A stretch of 64,000 nucleotides of DNA, from contig QPGO01000033.1 in NCBI GenBank assembly GCA_008632985.1, forward strand, positions 1-64,000, written 5' to 3'. Shown here piece after piece: positions 58,940 through 64,000 of the stretch. The notes below the pieces were generated by a model, which was not told the DNA's origin, ran no database searches, and saw only the letters and a list, made by a program, of their open reading frames with translations. The translations under genes and the position numbers were made by a program. Within the stretch, counting starts at the first letter, position 1. Every line of letters begins with the position of its first letter. Origin of the DNA: Psammoneis japonica. Taxonomy: Eukaryota.

Positions 58940-61840
58940 ACAACGCACACATTGACACAGAAGTGCATGAGTGCAACACTGCCACACTGCTGGCAGTGCC
59001 AGCTAGAGCAGGGAGAAGGACACACCGGCACATCCAAGGCAAGTGCAATGAGTTGTGCAGGAGACTTTGTTGGATTTCCTTTTGGTGACATTGACTTGCC
59101 AGCTCAACATTCACTTCAAAGAGTCAGGAGAAAGAGCACTGTGTTTGGTGCTCAGATGCTGCAAGACTCCCTGCTGTCAATGCCCAGTTGACAGAATGCC
59201 TGCACTGTGAGTGGCAGAGGAGGTGGCAAGATGAGCTTCCAAGGCTGAGGACATGGTCATGGCAGAGGTGACAGAAGCCACAGGGCCATGAGCAAGAACA
59301 AGAAGACCAGAGACAAAAAACAATTTCAGACCAAGATGAAGTTCCAACCTCCATCGCTGAACAGCAATTCTTGCAATGCAACACAAGGAAGTCAAGGAAA
59401 AGATTGTTCAACACACATGCAGATGGAGAGCACCGACAAGGTGTGCACTTGCGCACTTGGCAAAATCCACAGAGGATGTGAAGCCAAGGATTTTAAGGCC
59501 AAGATGCCTGCTGCAAAGATGTCAAAAGCAGATCTGCCAAATGAAGATGCCAGTGACTGCCAGAAACCACTGAAAGAGAAAGAGAGTGTGAATGACAAAA
59601 AATTGGAGGTGCAGGCAGCGCAAAGCAGAAAAAGTGGCTGCCACAAGAAGATCAAAAGAAAGTTCAAAGAAAACAAGAATGCCATGTTTGAAAAGATTGT
59701 GGACAACTGTTGTTCCAAGCAAATGAAAAAGAGAGTGCAGGGTGATCCTCATTTTGACAATGTTGACGTGTTCCAGCCGCACGTGACCCAAATCGTGCAC
59801 AAAAACGACATTTGCGCGATTTTTGCACGGTCTCTGACTTACGAATGGTTTTTCACCACCAAAAGTGTCGATTTGTACAAATTCTAATGTTTTGCAACAC
59901 TGACAAGACTCGTGTGAGTGTTGCAAAAGCATTGTCATTGTGCCATCAATGTTTTTCATGGCGACAAACGAATCGCAACACAGCGGATGATTTTCGGTGA
60001 AATTGTTGCCGTCATTTGGATGTCAACCAAGCACATCTTTCTACGATGCTTTTTTGCACATTTTCTGCTTACAAAGAAATTTCTGTAAAAAGAGTGCGGA
60101 CGTGCAATCAGCATTGAGTCTGCTGAGGAAGTTCATGACACACATCCCATGAGGAATTTGACACCCCACAAAAAACTGTTTAATTCTTCACAATTGTTCA
60201 CACTCTGGATGCCTGCAAAAGCCAATCCGCTCAAGTGTTTTGTGTGAAAATGCTGCATGCGCTGACAGACACACAATTCATGCTCAAAATCGATTGTCCT
60301 TTTGTGTGTCACCTGGGACTGGAACACGTCTGTCAAAGGACATGACCGATGACCCGATCATGCCGCTGAAGTCAGTCCTCCCAAGACCCTTGCTTGCTCA
60401 TTGAGAGGTCAACACCCATTCTGTACACACAAAACACTGTCACAAGGAACAACTGCAGCCAAAATTGCAGAGACAACAACAGCGACAACAACGGGGAAAC
60501 TGGGCCCGGGAGTCAAAAGGACCAGAGGGTGCAGAGGAGAAAAGAAGAAGGAACAACAAGAGCCACCAAAAAGCAGGAAGTGACAAAAAAAAAAGCTGAG
60601 ATCACCCCAGTGATCAACAGCAAAAGGAAGAAGGAAGATCCAGTCATTGTTGAGGGATGCAATGATGAGGAAGCTGTCAGACAAAGGGGAAGATGAGGTG
60701 CTGTCAGACTCCCAAACAGACACAAGCTGCGATGCAACGCATGTCTGGAAAAGGGAATGAGTGAAGCCAGAGGCAATTGCCATGAGTCCATCTGGTGTGG
60801 GACCATGTGCTCCATGTCTGGTGCGCCAACACCCTCCCCTGATCAAAGCATCGGTTTGATCACAAAAAAGAAGAGCTGCACAAATGGAGCAAATGGTGCT
60901 GTCATCAGAAAAACACATCCGCGCCATGCCTGAGATCATTTCTGGCCATCTAAGATGCTGCACAAGCCTGTGATAACTTCTTCTCTTTTCATCTTTTCTT
61001 TGTGTTGTTGTTGCTCTGGCTGCTTGCTGCTCCACACAATGCAGAGCTGCTTTTTGCTGTCGACACTGCTGCTGCTCTTGCCCCCACGACCTTGGTGCCA
61101 CCCCAAGTGAAAAGACTGTGCTGGCAGCTCTGTGCCAAACACCAAAGCTGCAAAGATGATTGCCCAGCTCTTCAAAGAGGTCATGAAGCACATGCTTGTG
61201 GCTCTCATTCGACAGAAGCAGCACACAGCAGCAGAGAGACATTTTCAGCAAGCTCTGGCGCTTTTGCACATGCTTCTTGGAGATGCATTGTCAAGCACTA
61301 GAGCAGTTTTTTTGTGTGGCAGCTCTCAATGACAACTGGGTCACACCCCAAAAATGTGCCAAAAACACTTTTCAGGGGTGCTGTTTGGTCATAGACAACA
61401 CACACAGAGACTCTTGGCTGGCCTGCTGGGGCGGCAATGAGCTTTTGCTGGGTTGTGCTGCAAAGCATCTCACAACTGCTTGCTTTCAGCTCCCAAAACA
61501 GCTTCACAATTTCCCCTTTTTGGCATTTTGTTCACCCCTTCCACCCGATTCTTCAAGGCACAGCACACGCCGCTGTTTTCTGTGCAGGCTTTTGCCCCTC
61601 TTGCAGCTTCTCTTTTTTTGCTTCTTTGCACTCTTGCTCTGCCTCCTCTTGCAGCCTCTTTCACTGGTGCTGGCATGGCTGGACACTCTGTTTCTGCAAA
61701 AGCTCTTTGTTTGCAGGTTGCATTTTGCTTTTCATGTTGTTCCTTGTCCTTGAGTGCAGCTGCCTTTGGTGATGGATGGGTGCCGCAAGCCGCAGGAAGC
61801 GGTTTCGGAAACGTGACGTGTTGGTCGACGTCGATCTGAC
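58940..61840. other. TpA- and CpG-depleted repeat domain 3 (unidentified degraded elements; possible gag remnant at about 59290-59765)
   Basis: TG/CA-rich with very few TA apart from a patch at about 59840-60185. KFKENKNAMFEKIVDNCCSKQMKKRV is weakly gag-like. Confidence 0.65.
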
Positions 61841-62420
61841 GTGTTTACAGAATCGACTAGGTGACGTTGTCAAAGTGCGAACCCCGATCACGGAGTTTGG
61901 CAGGAACAGCTGTTTGCTGTCACCCCGCTCAACGGCAGCCACACGATTTGGTGTCAGATGCGATTCCGAGGTTGAGTGTGATTGGTCAACTAGAAAGGAA
62001 AGTGCAATGCTGTTAAATAAAATTTTCAAATCTGACGAGGAAAAATGAAGAATTACTTATCGATTTGAACGAATCCGAACAATCAACATCAAAGGCATTT
62101 AAATCCCATTTTTGAATATTTAAGAAGGTCATCAAAATATTTAGGGAATCAATCACGATCAGACTGGGCAATTGAATCTTCAATATCAAAACGGTTGAAT
62201 TATCTGATTGGTTATCGTCCTTTTCTTGACATCTTGAAGGGCCCACTTGACACCTGACCATAAATACCAATTCCATTCTTAGTTCCGCGGAACACTGAAT
62301 CTTCTACGGAGGAATTCCTACATATTTACGTAGGAGACGGCTCGCTGGAGTGCAGTGTTGTTGCACGTGACAGGGAACTCCCATAATTTCCTTCGCCAAC
62401 AAACAACGGAAGAAACGACC

Positions 62421-62904
62421 ATGTTGAACATGATGCATCTCCCCACCGCCGCAATCCGTATCGAAACCCGAGTCGCACCCCGTGCAGCTCATCCTCCTGT
62501 CATTACACCCGACGACAGTAGCGAGAGCTGCTGCCTGCACTCATCGCGATCGATTCCTATCCAACATCAGTTGGATCGGACCGACTCGGAACTTCAACTC
62601 CACGAAGATGAAGCAATGGCCGACTACAGAGACTACTGCATGTACCAGCGCATCGTCAGCGGTATGGTGAAGAGTCAGCAAGACAGAAGACAGAACATGA
62701 ATCAGCTTCACTGGGGCATGACGCCAGCGGCGACCACCAATCCTCAGGACCCTCTGAACAGCATGATTCGCACACGGCATGAACAAGTTCCGAGCCAAGC
62801 CTCATTTTCTACCCTCAACGATGATGGTATGACTTCTCTTACGAAATGAAGATGAAGATCAAGATGATAAGAACCAAGACGAGATGTTTGTCCTTGACAT
62901 GTGA
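62421..62904 (+). CDS. Hypothetical protein; probable 1-bp frameshift near 62840
   Basis: EAMADYRDYCMYQRIVSGM core. The acidic tail EDEDQDDKNQDEMFVLDM* continues in a shifted frame past the TGA at 62849. Confidence 0.6.
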
Positions 62905-63679
62905 ACATCTTCACTGTACAAAAACTTGCCGCATCGACCTTTACTTGCTCGAACCTCACTCACTCGGAATATTCACCCAAAATTTTGTTAAAATAGATCA
63001 CGAAGCTAACTATAGTAACTCTTCTTAAGACGAAAGTGTTCCATTTTTAAAGAACAGACTAAATAGAATTATACTTCTCCTTCAAAAGGAGATGCGAGCA
63101 AAAGTCACACTACCCTCCGGCGGTTGACCAACGCCAATTCAGTCCTGCCTGCATCGAGCTGCCGATATGCATGGTACTCTGCGACACCATCATAGACTTG
63201 ACTTTAGTAAGGTAGCTTGGTCATAATAGAAATACTAATCTAAAGAGGAAGACGCAGTCAAATACTTCAGCTACAGTAGCTGTGAAGGATCAAGCGCGAC
63301 CGCGTTTCTTGGTTCTTGGTTTGCCTCTTGAAGAAGCCCAGGAATTCGCTTTTTCGTTCTATTTTACGTCACAGCTTCAAGTTACACGTACGAAGGACGG
63401 TCGTCAGTGTCCTGATGGCCACGAGTTTGCGTTGCGGGTGGAATTCGTACTAAACGTACACGATTCTACTGCAGATCATATTTATGTTCTAAGGTCATGA
63501 GGAAACGAAATACATTTTACTTCAAGTTAGTGACGTCATCATCTGTGCTGGGGCGGGATGCACCCACCATCGCGCGGACATCACGAAATGGGATGATTCA
63601 GGCTCGATCCAACACAAGATGGAAGTGCCCCCAAATCGTGCACCACAGGGCACTCAGCGGTGGAAATTACACAAGGTGG

Positions 63680-64000
63680 TGATCAGCACCAGCAACTTTG
63701 TGGGAAGTAAAGTGAAAGGCTGCTGCACCTGGCTTTGCTTCTTGTTGTGACTTGAAAAGCAGAGGGGGGTGCATCAGTCTCTGAATGATTGCTGCACCAC
63801 CTGACAGAGTTGCTTTTTGACCATGTTCAGAGCAAAAACAAGCCCCAAGCCAGAGGAGAGATCATGCGCTCCAGCCCCGGGCTTGGCTTTTTGTGACATG
63901 TCAGCCACAGAGTTCTGCACCCGAGCTCCTTGAAATTGTGTTGTCTGATGTCACCAGCTCTCATTGAACAAAAGACAGAAATGTGCACTTGTCCAAATTG
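63680..64000. other. Start of another TpA-depleted domain
   Basis: Last TA is at about 63708. The remainder is TG/CA-rich. Confidence 0.5.

Overview
Eukaryotic genomic DNA, almost certainly from a diatom: short GT-AG introns, ASAFAP-type plastid presequences and CoDi-like Copia elements. Ordinary gene islands alternate with repeat domains. The genes are ProRS, a STAND-type AAA ATPase, a DUF4079-like plastid protein, a beta-lactamase-fold protein, an acyl-CoA thioesterase, two tandem MYB genes, two divergent HMG-box genes and DENR. The repeat domains hold two Copia LTR retrotransposons with target-site duplications, a 447-bp miniature LTR element nested in one of them, a complete split-direct-repeat (Ngaro/PAT-type) tyrosine-recombinase retrotransposon, and LINE/gag remnants. 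The main observation is that TpA has been almost erased from the repeat domains (about 2.7-19.3, 43.7-57.2, 58.9-61.8 and 63.7-64 kb). It is replaced by TpG or CpA, which equals A->G on either strand. Paired repeats within single elements show this directly. Conserved and catalytic Tyr residues have become Cys or His, and the effect stops sharply at host genes. This looks like a RIP-like, adenine-directed anti-transposon hypermutation process acting on top of ordinary CpG decay. A sequencing artefact from a modified base has not been excluded. All counts were made by eye.
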